In this document: in pieces, positions 1 to 16,977 of the stretch
Layout of the letters: every line of letters begins with the position of its first letter
How positions within the stretch are numbered: position 1 is the stretch's first letter
Source: the human T2T-CHM13v2.0 reference genome, Homo sapiens
Assembly (NCBI RefSeq): GCF_009914755.1
Contig: NC_060947.1
Direction: 5' to 3' (one strand)
Length of the DNA stretch: 64,000 nucleotides
Made by a program: the position numbers and the translations under genes
Notes under the pieces: generated by a model
Told to the model about the DNA's origin: nothing
What the model saw: the letters and a program-made list of their open reading frames with translations, nothing else
The model's database searches: none

Positions 1-134
1 CTACTACTTTTGGATTACTAGCTATGATATAGATTAAAAACTTACCTCTCAAAGTCTCAGTACTATCATCCATGAAATCAGGAGAAGAGACCGTGGAGTT
101 CACATGTGGACAGAAATATTTCATGAAATAAAAA

Positions 135-360
135 ATAGTATACAACAATAAGTTAGTATATATTTTCAAAAAGTTAGAATATTAGGAAAGTTTCCAACAC
201 AAATAAATGATAAATAGTTGTGATGGATATCCCAATTATCTTTATTTGATCATAACACATTATATACATGTATCAAAATAGCATATGTACCCCATAAATA
301 AATATATACAATTCTTATATATTAATAAAAATATCATAAAAATTTAAGTTTTTAAAAATA
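135..360 (+). mobile_element. Old L1 (L1MA-type) 3' UTR fragment
   Basis: Motif ccaacacaaataaatgataaat...gatggatatcccaatta...catatgtacccc followed by an A-rich tail resembles L1MA 3' ends. Confidence 0.6.
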
Positions 361-408
361 AATTCAGGACTGCCAACTTGCATGACATTGGGGAGCAACA
401 TCCATATC

Positions 409-849
409 TGTAATGTAGGGGTTGACTTCATTTTTGAGGTTTCACTGCTGACAGATTTCAAGTTCCAACACTTCACCTTCCCATTCTGCCCCATATCTTG
501 GCAAACTGATAAGAAGGCTCAGGTGATCCCTCCTTTTTGATGTCAGCAGAAGTTAAACCACACAGACTCCAGCCTGTGTGCAAGAATCCTAACCCTGGCC
601 CTAACCACATAAACACCCCAAGCCATTTCTTTTCCCTAATCTATCAAGGCATTTTCAGACCAACTTGGGAGCCATCTTGCTATTCCTTGAAAGCTTCGCT
701 ATCTAGTAATAAACCTTTTCATGCCTTCTTGGTGTGTATGTGTGTGTGTTTGTGTGTGTGTGTGCACATGTTGTGTCATCAGTCTTGCCATCAAAACGAC
801 ATTCTGAGTGTGGAGAAATCCACCCCACTTATGCAGAGTAGCCACAACA
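409..849 (+). mobile_element. Solo ERV LTR, family not assigned
   Basis: TG...CA termini, internal AATAAA near 708, flanks atatc/atttc as a possible 5-bp TSD. Confidence 0.55.
732..764 (+). repeat. (TG)n microsatellite
   Basis: Directly visible. Confidence 0.9.
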
Positions 850-2467
850 ATTTCCATTAGTCAATGTAAATGTATTTCCTTTTAGTTTTACAGTGTATAG
901 TCAGTACTGCTGTACACAATGGCTCTGGATAGTTTCATCTATTTTTCAGTATCAGAAATACCACCAGTTTTGTTTTGAATAATGGACTTATATTTCTGGA
1001 AAGAGGTCAACTATTTTCAACATACATTTCTCATCCCTAGGACCTCTTTACAAATAAAGAAAGAAGACGACTGAAAAATTAAATAATTCATGCAGGGTCC
1101 CCCATTAGAAACCAAGTTTTTCAGTTCCCAGTTCAGTGGTATTTGCACTACATTGCTTTGCTTTTATGGCCTATCCACCAATTCCAAAGAGATCTTGCCT
1201 TGGGATGTGTCTGGGTGTGGCTTTCTATTTACATATAAAAAGTCATTCTGGAAGTAGCACAAATTTCATAGCCTCCCAAGCAGTCATGTCTGCTGACCCA
1301 ACTCTTCCCTGGAACTATAGACGATCTCCTGAAAGTCTAATAAAACTTCCTAAAAGGATTTCTTGGTAATTATGAATCTCTGAGTATAATGTCTCAAATT
1401 AGTCTTCAATTCTAACATATTTGTATTACGGTACTTCTTCACTCAAAGCATCAATTTAATAAAGACATCAGTAATGTGGATCAATTATTATTTATTGAAA
1501 AGCTTAATTTCAGAATGCTCTTGGATAATCCATGGGATTAGATTACTACCTGATAATGTAACCTATATATTTTATAGTGAAGGAATACTCACTAGGATGT
1601 TATCCAAATAGATTTTACAGCAATTAAACTGCAAACTTCTAGGGACCAATGTATTTAAATATAACATACCAGGCATCAGTTCAAAAGTTGCATTAAATCA
1701 TTGATCCAATGTGTTTCAGCATTAAAATACATAATTTACTACTGTATAACATAGCAATAACTGCAGAGATAGGGACACAGAGGAAGATACAGAAATAGAG
1801 AATAAGCCAACAGGAAAATTAAAAATTAATTTCACATTTAAAAAAATAGCTATTCTGTATCTGAGGAAAAAGAAAACTCTCCCTGAAAAATGTAAATGTA
1901 ACATTGAGGTTTACTAAGTGAAAGCAGGCCCCTCTCATTTTATTTTTAATAAAGTAATTCATTACCAGTAATTGGCATAAAATTTCTCCCTAAATGAGAC
2001 CTTTTGTTATTGAGAGAAAAAATAATAATGCTCAATCAGGAAATCTCCTTTTGTGTACTCCCAAACAATTGGCTGCCAGTTTCTATTTTTGCTGGTACAT
2101 GTCAGTTCTATAAAGTTAATAAACCTATTATTCAGATCCTTGTTATCTAAGGCAGCATCTTTTATAATTTTGAATGTCTAAGATGTTTTTAAATAACTTA
2201 AATCTTTAAAAATGAGAATGTAATCTGTGACCTTATAGGTCAAAAACTAACTGCAATTATGTTTATCAAATTTCTGTAAGTAAGATCTCTAGGTTCTACT
2301 TCCCTATAGTTGTGGCCTTCTGAAGATAAAATTTATTTAATTATGATATACAAATAACTTGAAAATGGAGACAGTTATAATAAGCTGTGTAATTTTTTTC
2401 TAAAACCAGAACAAAACGGAAACTGCACTTAACATAGCAATGCATTATTACACACGTTCTGCCTGCA

Positions 2468-2995
2468 TTTAAACCACTCACTGCATTATTCCTATGTCAC
2501 CACGTCCCTGTTTTGTCACCTCCCCCACCAATTTCCATGTTCCACCTCTGTCAGTTGAGTTTTAGCCAAGCTATTCACCAACATTGCCAACACCTGCTTT
2601 GATACTATGGCTGCCATCGGCTTTTCCGTAAGAAAACTCGATGAAACAGAACAATTTCCTGAAGGGTTCAGAATTGCAGCCAGCAAGACTTAGCAGGATA
2701 CCAGGAAGATGTTCATTGGGGGACTATCCCATAATTTCGTAAGCCAGCTCTTCTCTAATACTTGTCTCAATTTGGCAAGATCTTACACTTCACGATTAAA
2801 ACCTTCTCAGACACTGAGCTATTCAGGGGGTTTGGATTTGTACTTTTCAAAGATAGTGACACTGTTGAAAAGGTGCTCCAAGTGAAACAGCACAAATCAG
2901 ATGACAAGAAAATAGATTGTAAAAGGGCTAACACAATGCAACCTAGATTCCCCCCTAAAAAGGTTTTTGTGGGTGGGGTGAACCCTCGTCTGTCT
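2468..2995 (+). pseudogene. Partial HNRNPDL-like retro-pseudogene, copy A (leader, RRM1, start of RRM2)
   Basis: ATG 2607; translates to ASKT*QDTRKMFIGGLS / YLSQFG...RGFGFVLFKD...PPKKVFVGG. Stops at 2691 and 2756, -1 frameshift at ~2736, no introns, ~91% identical to 30338-30727 by hand count. Confidence 0.92.
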
Positions 2996-4655
2996 TATAA
3001 GCTTTCTTATCAGAAACATATCTTACTTTTCCTTATACCCTTTGCATATAGAATTATTTATTTTATATCTAGTAGTTTTAATCACATATATTAATGTTAA
3101 CTCTTAGTAACCCTTATATTTAGTGAAAAACTTAGGAAGTGGGCAATTTTAATTAGGTACTAGATGCAGGGTCCAGGACAAAGGACAGAGCTGTGAAGAC
3201 AATGCCTGGAGGATCTAACCCCTCCCAGCATGGCCAAGAAACACAGGTGGGCTAGGAATGATGGGCCCTGAGTATTGTCCTGAGGTCTCACTGGAGTCAC
3301 TTGTCTAGGTCTCAGAATCTAAACACTTAGAATTAAGAAAATATCATGGTAAGATGTAGGTAAGGCTTTGGAGAATCCTAGCAGTCAGCCCTAACAGCTT
3401 TAACTCACAGATAAATTAAGCAAGTACCAAAAGTACTACAGAATCAACAGTTTTATGACTTTAAAACGCTAGTGGAGACAACATAAACCTGTCTGAAAAA
3501 TAGATGCAGGCAAAAATGTCTAAATTAAATTCTAAAGACATTCCTATTTTATTTTACAAACAATTTAAAAACTATCTGTATTTACCAAAAATCACTAAAG
3601 TCATGTTAATGTGAAAAGTGTTTGGACTTCTTTACTTAATTTATGACTACTTATTTATTTATGAGTCAGTTTCATACCTATGTAGACAGTATACAGACAG
3701 ACAAGTACACATGTGCATATAAAGATACAGACAGACACAAAAACTTTATAGTTTTGACTTTACAATTTTATCTATAAGACCAGTAAAACTCTAGTTTAAA
3801 AGAATAGTTGGATTAAAACTATGCCTTTATAAATGGAACAGGCTAAAGATTATTTGTCCCACAGGGTCCAAGCCCTTACTGAGTTTCAAAGAAAGCATGG
3901 TAGCAATTTATATCTCAAAGGACAGAGGAAGACAGAATTTTTGCTTTCTCAAGAAGAAGTTTCGGTGTGGTAGAGGAAGATTAAAAATGGATGCCAAGGT
4001 AACACCAAGAGGGATTTACTATAGAATTATATAAGGAGATCAATTTCATTTAGATAGGTAGCTTTTAATTTAGTCTGTTTTTCAACTGGACAACTGAGTG
4101 CAAGGCAGAGCCCATGAAACAAGAGGGCCAACAAAGCTTTTGCAGTTTGTAGGGCCTAATAATTTAAATATGTGAAAAGCAGGTGCAGTTGGAAGGTAGA
4201 GTCTTTAGACCTTTAAAGGTAAAAAATTCCAATTTTACATTGGATCCTGGCTCCCCAAATAAAGGGAAATGCATGCAACATTTTCACAGTGTACTTTACT
4301 AAAAAGACATTTTTGTAAGTGTTCAAACTGTGTGCTTCTTATCTAAATGTGCAGGGAAAGGAGTAGCCCCCTTGTAGTAATAAAAATTTACTGTAAACAA
4401 CTGCCCTCAACCACCTCCAAAGCTGCTGTTCTCAACAATCATCACACACACCAAAGTCAAGTCCTCTCTCGCAGTACAAAGTAATCTCTGGTACCCTCAA
4501 AAGCCAAAGAGATCAGGTAATGCAATACAAAAAGAGAGTAGAGTTTTAGACTGAGAGGAATCTGTTCACAACTCTCAGTCTTCACCACAGGAAGACAGAA
4601 GACTCCAAAAAGAGGACGGTGCTGACTTTTTTTGTGTTTCTTAAGGTTTCTGAGT

Positions 4656-4912
4656 TCAGAAACCTTAACTCAGCATAGGAAAAGAAACTATCATCAGAGT
4701 AAACAGGCAACCTACAGAATGGGAGAAAATTTTTGCCAACTATCCCTCTGACAAAGGGCTAATATCCAGAATCCACAAGGAACTTAAACACGTTTACAAG
4801 AAAAAAACAAACAACCCCTTCAAAAAGTGGGCAAAGAATACGAACATTTAAGGCTTTAATCCATCTCAAGTTAATTTCTGTATAAGATGTAAGGAAGTGG
4901 TCCAGTTTCAGT
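4656..4912. other. Templated insertion: fold-back of the flank plus two L1 pieces in opposite orientations
   Basis: 4656-4668 is the reverse complement of 4641-4653; 4673-4846 matches the reverse complement of 5787-5956; 4843-4912 matches 6108-6172. Confidence 0.85.
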
Positions 4913-5194
4913 CTAAGGTGTTCACCGTTAGATACTTTTATGTAGCATTGAAGACAGCAAAGAGGAATAGAGTAGTAGATATAAATGGAAGAATATTTAT
5001 TTATTTTTATTATACTTTAACTTCTGGGATACATGTGCAGGATGTGCAGGTTTGTTACATAGGTATACACATGCCATGGTGGTTTGCTGCACCCATCAGG
5101 TACTTCTCCTAATGCTATCCCTCCCCTTTCCCCCAACCCCTCAACAGGCGCCATTGTGTGATGTTACCCTCCCTATATCCATGTGTTCTCATTG

Positions 5195-8980
<3,786 letters not shown>

Positions 8981-9039
8981 TTATGATTCTAGCTGGCTAT
9001 TTTGCCCATTCGTTCATGCAGTTTCTTCATAGTATCGAC

Positions 9040-10064
9040 GGTCTTTACAATTTGGTATGTTCTTGCAGCGGCTAGTACAAGGTTTTCTTTTCCATATTTA
9101 GTGCTCTCCTCAGGAGCTCTTGTAAGGCAGGCCTGGTGGTGACAAAATCTCTCAACATTTGCTTGTATGTAAAGGATTTTATTTCTCCTTTGGTTATGAA
9201 GTTTAGTTTGGCTGGATATGAAATTCTGGGTTGAAAATTCTTTTCTTTAAGAATGTTGAATTTTGGCCCCCACTCTCTTCTGGCTTGTAGGGTTTCTGCA
9301 GAGAGTTCCGCTGTTAGTCTGATGGGCTTCTCTTTGTGGGTAACCCAACCTATCTCTCTGGCTGCCCTTAACATTTTTTCCTTCATTTCAACCTTGGTGA
9401 ATCTGACAATTATGTGTTTTGGGGTTGCACTTCTCAAGGAGTATCTTTGCGGTGTTCTCTGTATTTCCTGAATTTGAATGTTGGCCTGTCTTGCTAGGCT
9501 GGGGAAGTTCTCCTGAATAGTATCTTGAAAAGTGGTTTCCAACTTGGTTCCATTCTCTCCATCGCTTTCAGGTGCACCAATCAAATGTAGGTTTGGTCTT
9601 TTCACATAGTCCCATATTCTTGGAGGCTTTGTTCGTTCCTTTTCATTCTTTTTTCTCTCGTCTTCACGCTTTACTTCATGAATTTGATCTTCAATCTCTG
9701 ATATCCTTTCTTCCACTTGATTGATTTGGCTATTCATACTTGTGCATGCTTCACAAAGTTATCATGCTCTGTTTTTTAGCTCCATATGGTCATTTATGTT
9801 CTTCTCTAAACTGGTTATTCTAGTTAGCAATTCCGCTAACGTTTTTTCAAGGTTCTTAGCTTCCTTGCATTGGGTTAGGACATGCTCCTTTAGCTCGGAG
9901 GAGTTTGTTATTGCCCACCTTCTGAAGTCTACTTGTGTCAATATGTCAAACTCATTCTCCATCTAGTTTTCTTCCCTTGCTGGTGAGGAGTTGTGATCCT
10001 TTGGAGTAAATGAGGCATTCTGGTTTTGGGAATTTTCAGTCATTTTGCGCTGTTTTTTCCTCAT
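9040..10064 (-). pseudogene. L1 ORF1 (RNA-binding p40), disrupted
   Basis: Fragments MRKKQRK..., IWDYVKRPNL...QARREWG...SYPAKL lie in three separate ORF pieces. Confidence 0.93.
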
Positions 10065-12306
10065 CTTCATGGATTTATCTACCTTTGGTATTTGATGTTG
10101 GTGACCTTCAGATTGGGGATTCTGTGTGGACGTCCTTTTTGTTGTTGTTAATGCTATTCCTTTCTGTTTGTTAGTTTTCCTTCTAACAGTCAGGCCCCTC
10201 TGCTGCAGGTCTGCTGGAGTTTGCTGGAGGTCCACGCCACACCCTTTTTGCCTGGGAATCACCAGCGGAGGCTGCAGAACAGCAAAGATTGCTGCCTGTT
10301 CCTTCCTCTGGAAGCTTCGTCCCAGATGGACACCTGCCAGATGCCAGCCAGAGCTCTCCTGTATGAGGTGTCTGTCAACCCCTGCTAGGAAGTGTCTCCC
10401 AGTCAGGAGGCACAGGGATCAGGGACCCCCTTGGGGGGGGCAGTGTGTCCCTTAGCAGAGCTTGAGCACTGTGCTGGGAGATCTGCTGCTCTCTTTAGGC
10501 CCGGCAGGCAGGAATATTTAAGTCTGCTGAAGCTACACCCACAGCCGCTTCTTCCCCCAGGTGCTCTGTCTCAGGGAGATGGGAGTTTTATCTATAAGCC
10601 CCTGACTGGGGCTGCTGCCTTTCTTTCAGAGATACCCTGCCCAGAGAGGAGGAATCTAGAGAGGAAATCTGGATACAGCGGCTTTGCTGCGCTGTGGTGG
10701 GCTCCACTCAGTTCGAACTTCCTGGTGGCTTTGTTTACACTGTGAGGGGAAAACCACCTACTCAAGCCTCAGTAATGGCAGTCATCCCTCCCCTCACCAA
10801 GCTTGAGTGTCCCAGGTTGACTTCAGACTGCTGTGCTGGCAGCGAGGATTTCAAGCCAGTGGATCTTAGCTTACTGCGCTCCATGGGGGTGGGATCTGCT
10901 GAGCTAGACCACTGGGCTGCCTGACTTCAGCCCCCTTTCCAGGGGAGTGAACGGTTCTGTCTCACTGGTGTTCCAGGTGCCAATGTGTTATGAAAAAAAA
11001 AAAAAAAAAAAACTCCTCCAGCTAGCTCGGTATGTCTGCCCAAACAGCCACCTAGTGTTGTGCTTGCAACCCATGGCCCTGCTGGTGTAGGCACTTGAGG
11101 GAATCTCCTAGTCTGTGGGTCATGAAGACTGTGGGAAAAGCATAGTATCTGGACTGGAATGCACCATTCCTTATGGCACAGTCCCTCACGGCTTCCCTTG
11201 GCTAGAGGAGGGAGTCCCCTGACCCCTTGTGCTTCCCAGGTGAGACGATACCCCATCCTGCTTTGGCTTGCCCTCCGTGGCCTGCACCCACTGTATAACC
11301 AGTCCCAATGAGATGAGCCAGGTAATGAGATGAGCCAGGTGCCTCAGTTGGAAATGCAGAAATCACCCACCTTCAGCGTTGATCTCGCTGGGAGGTGCAG
11401 ACTGGAACTATTCCTATTTGGCCATCTCACCAGCCACTTCCCGAACAATTTTTAAGAAAGTAAGAAAGGAAGTGAACAGAGAAACCAAGCACATAATTTT
11501 AAAAGGATTTTACTGCACTGGAAAAAAAATCTCCAAAACAGGACCCAAAGACAAAAAGCAGGAAGACCTTATATACATGTAAGCTTATATATGCTGTGTG
11601 TGTGCATGTGTGTATATCTCATTTGGTACTTAAGCATATATTAATGTGCTTATATGAAATATATATACGAGATATATATATAGAGATAATATTCAAGATA
11701 TATGTGTATCTTTAATATTAGCTTTTAATTAAGCCAACTTCTGACTATATAGCTCTTTACAAAGTTCCTTCAAATCTCTTATTATCAGATTTTAGGGAGG
11801 ATGAACAGCTGATATTTCTAGTTTCTGATTTTTTTTAATCAAACGTACCCTCCCAAGTGACAAAGCAATATCCTAAAAAGTGAAGTCACACAAATGTCAA
11901 ACCAAAAGTAAACAGTTCTCTTACCAGGAATTAAACTCAGGCCATGGCAATGAAAGCATCAAATCCTAGACACTAGATAACAAGGTGGAGTGCTTTTCTT
12001 GCTTGCTTTTTAAAATCAGTCTTGCAGGACATCCAAAGCAGGCAATTTGGGCTTTTATAGGAATTTAACTAGTTTCAGATCTGATCTCAGCTAGAATGTT
12101 GCTTAGCTAATTCCCTCCATGTTCATTTCAACATCAGGGTCAGCCATTAGGCCTGATTTAGGAAAAATTTGTTGAATCTGCATTTATGATGCTGTGGCTT
12201 TAGTTTTATTCATTTCCCTCTTTTAAAGACTATTAATCTCTTAATTATCTGTTTTATTGCACTACACAATTGTCAGCTAGGCACCAACTGTATCTTTTGG
12301 ATACCC

Positions 12307-12530
12307 CTCACTGCAGCCTCGACCTCCTGGGTTCAAGCCATCCTTCCACCTTAGCCTCCCGAGTAGCTGGGACTACAGGCATGCACTACCACGCCTGGCT
12401 AATTTTTGTATTTCTTTTGTAGAGATAGGGTTTATAGTTGCCTAGGCTGCTCTGGAACTCCTGGCTCAAGCAGTCTGCCCACTTCAGCCTCCCAAAGTGC
12501 TGGGATTACAGGAGTCAGCCACCATGCCTG
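12307..12530 (-). mobile_element. Alu (AluJ-like), lacking its 3' end and tail
   Basis: Reverse Alu left arm plus partial right arm. Confidence 0.88.
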
Positions 12531-13430
12531 GGAATCACCAGACCTGGGTGGTCTTTTTAGTTAAGCAAAAAATGTTTCAAGAATCAGGCAGCCCCCAGAA
12601 ACAGAAGGGAATCATAGAGACTCTGGGACTGCCACAATAGGAGTATCAGGGAAGGGGTCAAAGACCTAGGGAATTTCCTTAGGTGGTGATGATAGATATA
12701 TTTTGTTTACCTCCTGAATGAAGGCAATTTTCTCAGAATTTCTTTTAGAAACTTTTCGGTTGCCATTGGAAGTAATTCTCCTATTTAACGTGTCTGGTTC
12801 TAAAACCAGCTTTTACCAATTGTGCATGCAAATAAATTATTTTAGGTATTTCAAAAGATCCCCATTTTCTTTTGGTCATTTTTGTTTATGACCATCCCCA
12901 ATTAGGTGGGTCCACTTTCCTAGATATCTGTAAGAGGATACCCCATAAGTGTTGTACATAAACCAGCTGGGTTTAACTAATAGAAGTTGGTCACAAATGA
13001 AAAATCAAGACCAGATTTCAAAAATAGAAAGACAGCTGCAATTTTTAAAAAACCATTCCATATAAAACAAGACCACTGGTGCCTAACTGCCAATTCTTTG
13101 GCCCACACCTCTGCTATGAGACAGTAGCAGAAAAACATTGATCCAAATCCCATCTTGAGAAGCAGAAAAAAGGCAGTTCTCTCCAGAGCTCTTTACCAAA
13201 TCTCCTGTCCAAAGACAGAGACTTAAGCCCCCACTCTTAAATGAAAGAGAAGTTTTGAAAAACAACTGAAATAAAGTCTAGACCTTTAATGATAAAGTAG
13301 GAGTTCCAAACTTAGGAGAATCCACCCAAACACGAAACATCCAATGGAACTTCTGAAGATATACTGATCATGCTGGTACCAAGTGCTTCTTTCAGAGAGA
13401 AACACAAGGTAGGTGGGGGAAGTCACTCTG

Positions 13431-13449
13431 AATCCTGCCAACTATGCCA
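13431..13449 (-). promoter_or_regulatory. Retroviral primer-binding site, tRNA-Ser
   Basis: aatcctgccaactatgcca matches the tRNA-Ser 3' end AATCCTGCCGACTACGCCA with two CpG-type transitions, 4 bp from the LTR. Confidence 0.8.
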
Positions 13450-13453
13450 GATA

Positions 13454-13905
13454 TGTCAACCTAAAAGGAAGAAGCTGAGGCAAAATTAATATAAGTAGAG
13501 TGTTAGAGCCAAGCTTGAGGATTACAACCTGAAAGCATAGATTCAACTCGCTCTGAATATACACCCTGATTAACGGCAGTTAAAAGTGGATTTTTAAAGG
13601 CAAACATGAAGGGCAGGAAGTGGGCTATGACAAAGTTGTCAGGAATTCTCACTGGTTTACAGAAAGAACATTGATTAGTGATTGGCTATATATTGTTAAG
13701 CTATAGGGTGTGGGTTATAGTGTTAGGTGTGGTGTCATTAAGTTAATTTATAGCTACTAGTGGCAATAGCAAACAGTTTCAAGAGAGGAATACATTAGCT
13801 TAAAGGAGGGAGTAGGACATGATTGTGGTCTCATTTTCACATCTCTCTGGGCCTGATAATTAAAAGAACTTGCATTCATTAGATAAAAGTTCTTTTGTTT
13901 TCTCA
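13454..13905 (-). mobile_element. MER4-family LTR (5' LTR of the minus-strand provirus)
   Basis: On the minus strand reads TGAGAAAACAAAAGAACTTTTATCT...TTAGGTTGACA, adjacent to the PBS. Confidence 0.8.
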
Positions 13906-14815
13906 AAAGTTATATAGCTTTAGTAAGAATCTAGTCATTTCTAAAATAAGCAACATGTGTTTCTTTCTCAAGAATATGAAAAAGTAATTGGAGAGGATGG
14001 AATGGGCCTGTTCTATGACAGTGAGAAGAAGAAAGTTGCAGACATTTTGGAAAAAAAAAAAAGTTGAGAAACAATATCCTAGATTCTAGAAAGCTATTTG
14101 TCCTTAGTTCCATTAAGAGTCAAAAACCATATAAATATCAAAACCTTTTAGATCCCAAAATGCTACAGGCAAATGAAATAGGAAGAGTTACAGGACAACT
14201 AAGTCTACTCACACACGGCATTTTCCATTTTTTTAAATGCTTATGGGGAACAGTTTACAATTCCCTTTAAGAAAAACAAAACATTCCGAAAAGGAATATT
14301 GAACTCTCAAAGGACAAACTTTATCATCCTGAGTCAACAGTAAACGCACAAGAATAGAAGAGATCAGCTGAAAGTAAGAATGGATGACCTTCCTGAAACA
14401 CAGTGTCATTCCAAAGGCCACCTATGACTCACTTTCCCTTGTGCTTTAGTGCATTGCATTGAGGCGTAAGACACAAGAGAGCCACTTGTAATCTCATTCA
14501 TAAATGACAGAAAGCCCGAGAAAAAAATTATTAAAGGACTGAGCAATTTACTTTTTTCTCACTGAAGATCGTTACAGGAAAAGCAAAGCAGAGTGGCTTT
14601 ACAACCCATGGAAAGCAGAATTGTCATTGGTAAATCTATCATGTATTCCGAAAAAGTCTTTTTCTACTCTCTTCTAAAAAACTCTAAACAAGGGAACATG
14701 TAAAACTTTCCAAATTAACTAAGTATTATTTGAAACAGTACTATACCAATCCAAAATGCTCCATAAGTTACCTCAACCTCAATTTGCCTGATGCCTATTA
14801 AAATTACTTACACAA

Positions 14816-15130
14816 AACTGAGTGTGGTGGCTCGTGCCTATAAACCCAGCACTTTGGGAGGCTGAGGCAGGTGGATTGCTTGAGCTCAGGAGTTTGAGAC
14901 CAGTCTGGGCAACATGGCAAAACCTCATCTCTGCAAATAAAAAATAAATAAATAAATTAGTCAGGCATGATGATGTGCACCTGTAATTCCAGCTACTCGG
15001 GAGGCTGAGGTGGGAGGGTCACTCGAGCCCAGGGAAGTCAAGGCAGCAGTAAGCCGAGATCGCGCCACTGCACTCCAGCCTGGGCGACAGAGTGAGACCC
15101 TATCTCAAAAAAAAAAAAAAAAAAAAAAAA
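14816..15130 (+). mobile_element. Alu (AluJ-like), full length
   Basis: Dimer with pure A tail; TSD acttacacaa at 14806-14815 and 15131-15140. Confidence 0.95.
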
Positions 15131-16977
15131 ACTTACACAATACTTTTTCCTACAATTCATAAACTCTTTTGTAATGAATCTCTTGCTAATAAAAAGTAAT
15201 ACATCAGTTATATTTTTGGTCTTTTGTTATCCTAAATCAGCATGCAATTTAACTTGGCCAGAGTTACATCAATCTTTAGTTTTCATAGAGTACCTCTTGG
15301 CCGCCTTGGGCAATGCAAATAACGAAATCTAAAGAAAGACACACTGAGATAGAGCATACAGAAAGAGCTTTGAAAATGACACTTGAATTCCAAGACAAAC
15401 ACCATGGGATTACTGTGGATCCTCTTCAAGCCAATGGCAATCTCAAATTCACCCACACAAGAGTTAGAAACTATTTTAAAGCTACTAATTGATAGCTGTT
15501 ACAGACCTTATATCTGGCCCAGATTGTCCATTTACCTTTTTTTCACTTTCCTCATATTTTCAGCAAGAATGCCTGCCCCCTCCAGAAAAGGTCTGGAAGA
15601 CCACTCTTATCTCTGGGTTTTCAAGTTAGCTTTGTATTCTGGGCAGATGAATGATTATTTAGTTCTGAAAGATGTTGGGGGAAATGTACTGCCTTAAACA
15701 ATTTTGAGCTTCAGTAATGGCTAGTCACTACTTCTCATTGTTATGATGATTAGAACTACACACTGACATACAAGGACAGTTTTCATCCTCCACTAAACTG
15801 GATCAACAGTCACAATTACCAAAGTTATTCAGGCCAAAAATATGCTTTTGCCTGAATTACCAAGGCAATCACACCTACCCCTAGAGAGGCTACTGATTGA
15901 AAAGTATAAGAGCCTGATTGCAATAAATCTCCAGATTTCTCTGTCTTCATTTTCTTCCAGGATGGGTGTTCTCAGTTTTAATAAGACCAAGAAAATGTAA
16001 GATTCCAGAACTTCTAGTATTGTGAGAACAACAGAGTTCATTTAAAACTAGGAACAACATAGAGCTGTAAGGTAAACAGGGGAGAGGAGAGTAACAACAA
16101 CTTGGAAGAATTTTTATCCTACTTTAACCCCTAGGAAATTGTGTGGCATTATCCTCTACTATGAAATCTACTGCTCCATTGGGGGAAAAATAGATAATCC
16201 ACAGGGAAGAGAGGAGGGGGAATGGTTTGTATTATTAACAGTTTAAATGCATTATGGTCTCTCTTTAAATACGATCTTGATGAATTGTTCTTAAAAATGG
16301 TATTGATCTGGGTGATCAATCTTGGATCTTTTGTCAAAAAGGATTTTTTCACCTAAACTACAATATCGATTACTTGCATCGGAACAGAGTTTTAAAAAGG
16401 AGAAACACATTCAAGTCAAAGCTATTGCTGATGCCCTGAAAATACCTGAGTTGCACATCAACCCCCATTTTTTTTAAAAAAGCAAAACTGATTTCAGGAG
16501 CAGTCACTAGTGGGTCTTTGCTTCATCACCTATCTGTTCTGTGACAACTATTCTTAATCTTGTAGTCTCCTGCTACCTACCCCTTACTTTAACAGGCCAA
16601 GCAGCAATAACTGAGCTCTAGCCTTGCAAAACAAAGGCAAGAACAACTGACTTCCAAAGGTAGTTAACGGTTAAAATAAAGGTCTCATTAGCCAGCCCCT
16701 GAATCAATAAAGATAAACTGGCAATCTGAGTGAAGTCTTGAAGTTTGAAAATCTGAGTGATTCCAAGAGTAGCATAAACCCCGAGAAAAGCAGAGAAAAT
16801 GCTTAAATATTGTACACTATATTCAGTAATTTGAAAGATTTATTTGGTATGTTAAGGAAGAATTTAGCAATCCTGGTGGGCTTGCATTTTTATGACAATG
16901 CATTGAAAAGCCCCTGAATATATGCCTTGGAATGAGCACAATAATGCAAGCACCAGCAGTAAAGGGATTATTGATAT

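Noticed and set aside
2762-3094. 110-aa RRM-containing ORF as a functional chimeric gene
   Set aside because: TTG start, upstream stops and frameshift, RNP2 missing, and read-through into ERV sequence
13431-13449. tRNA-Ser gene
   Set aside because: Only the 3' 19 nt including CCA, next to an LTR: a primer-binding site
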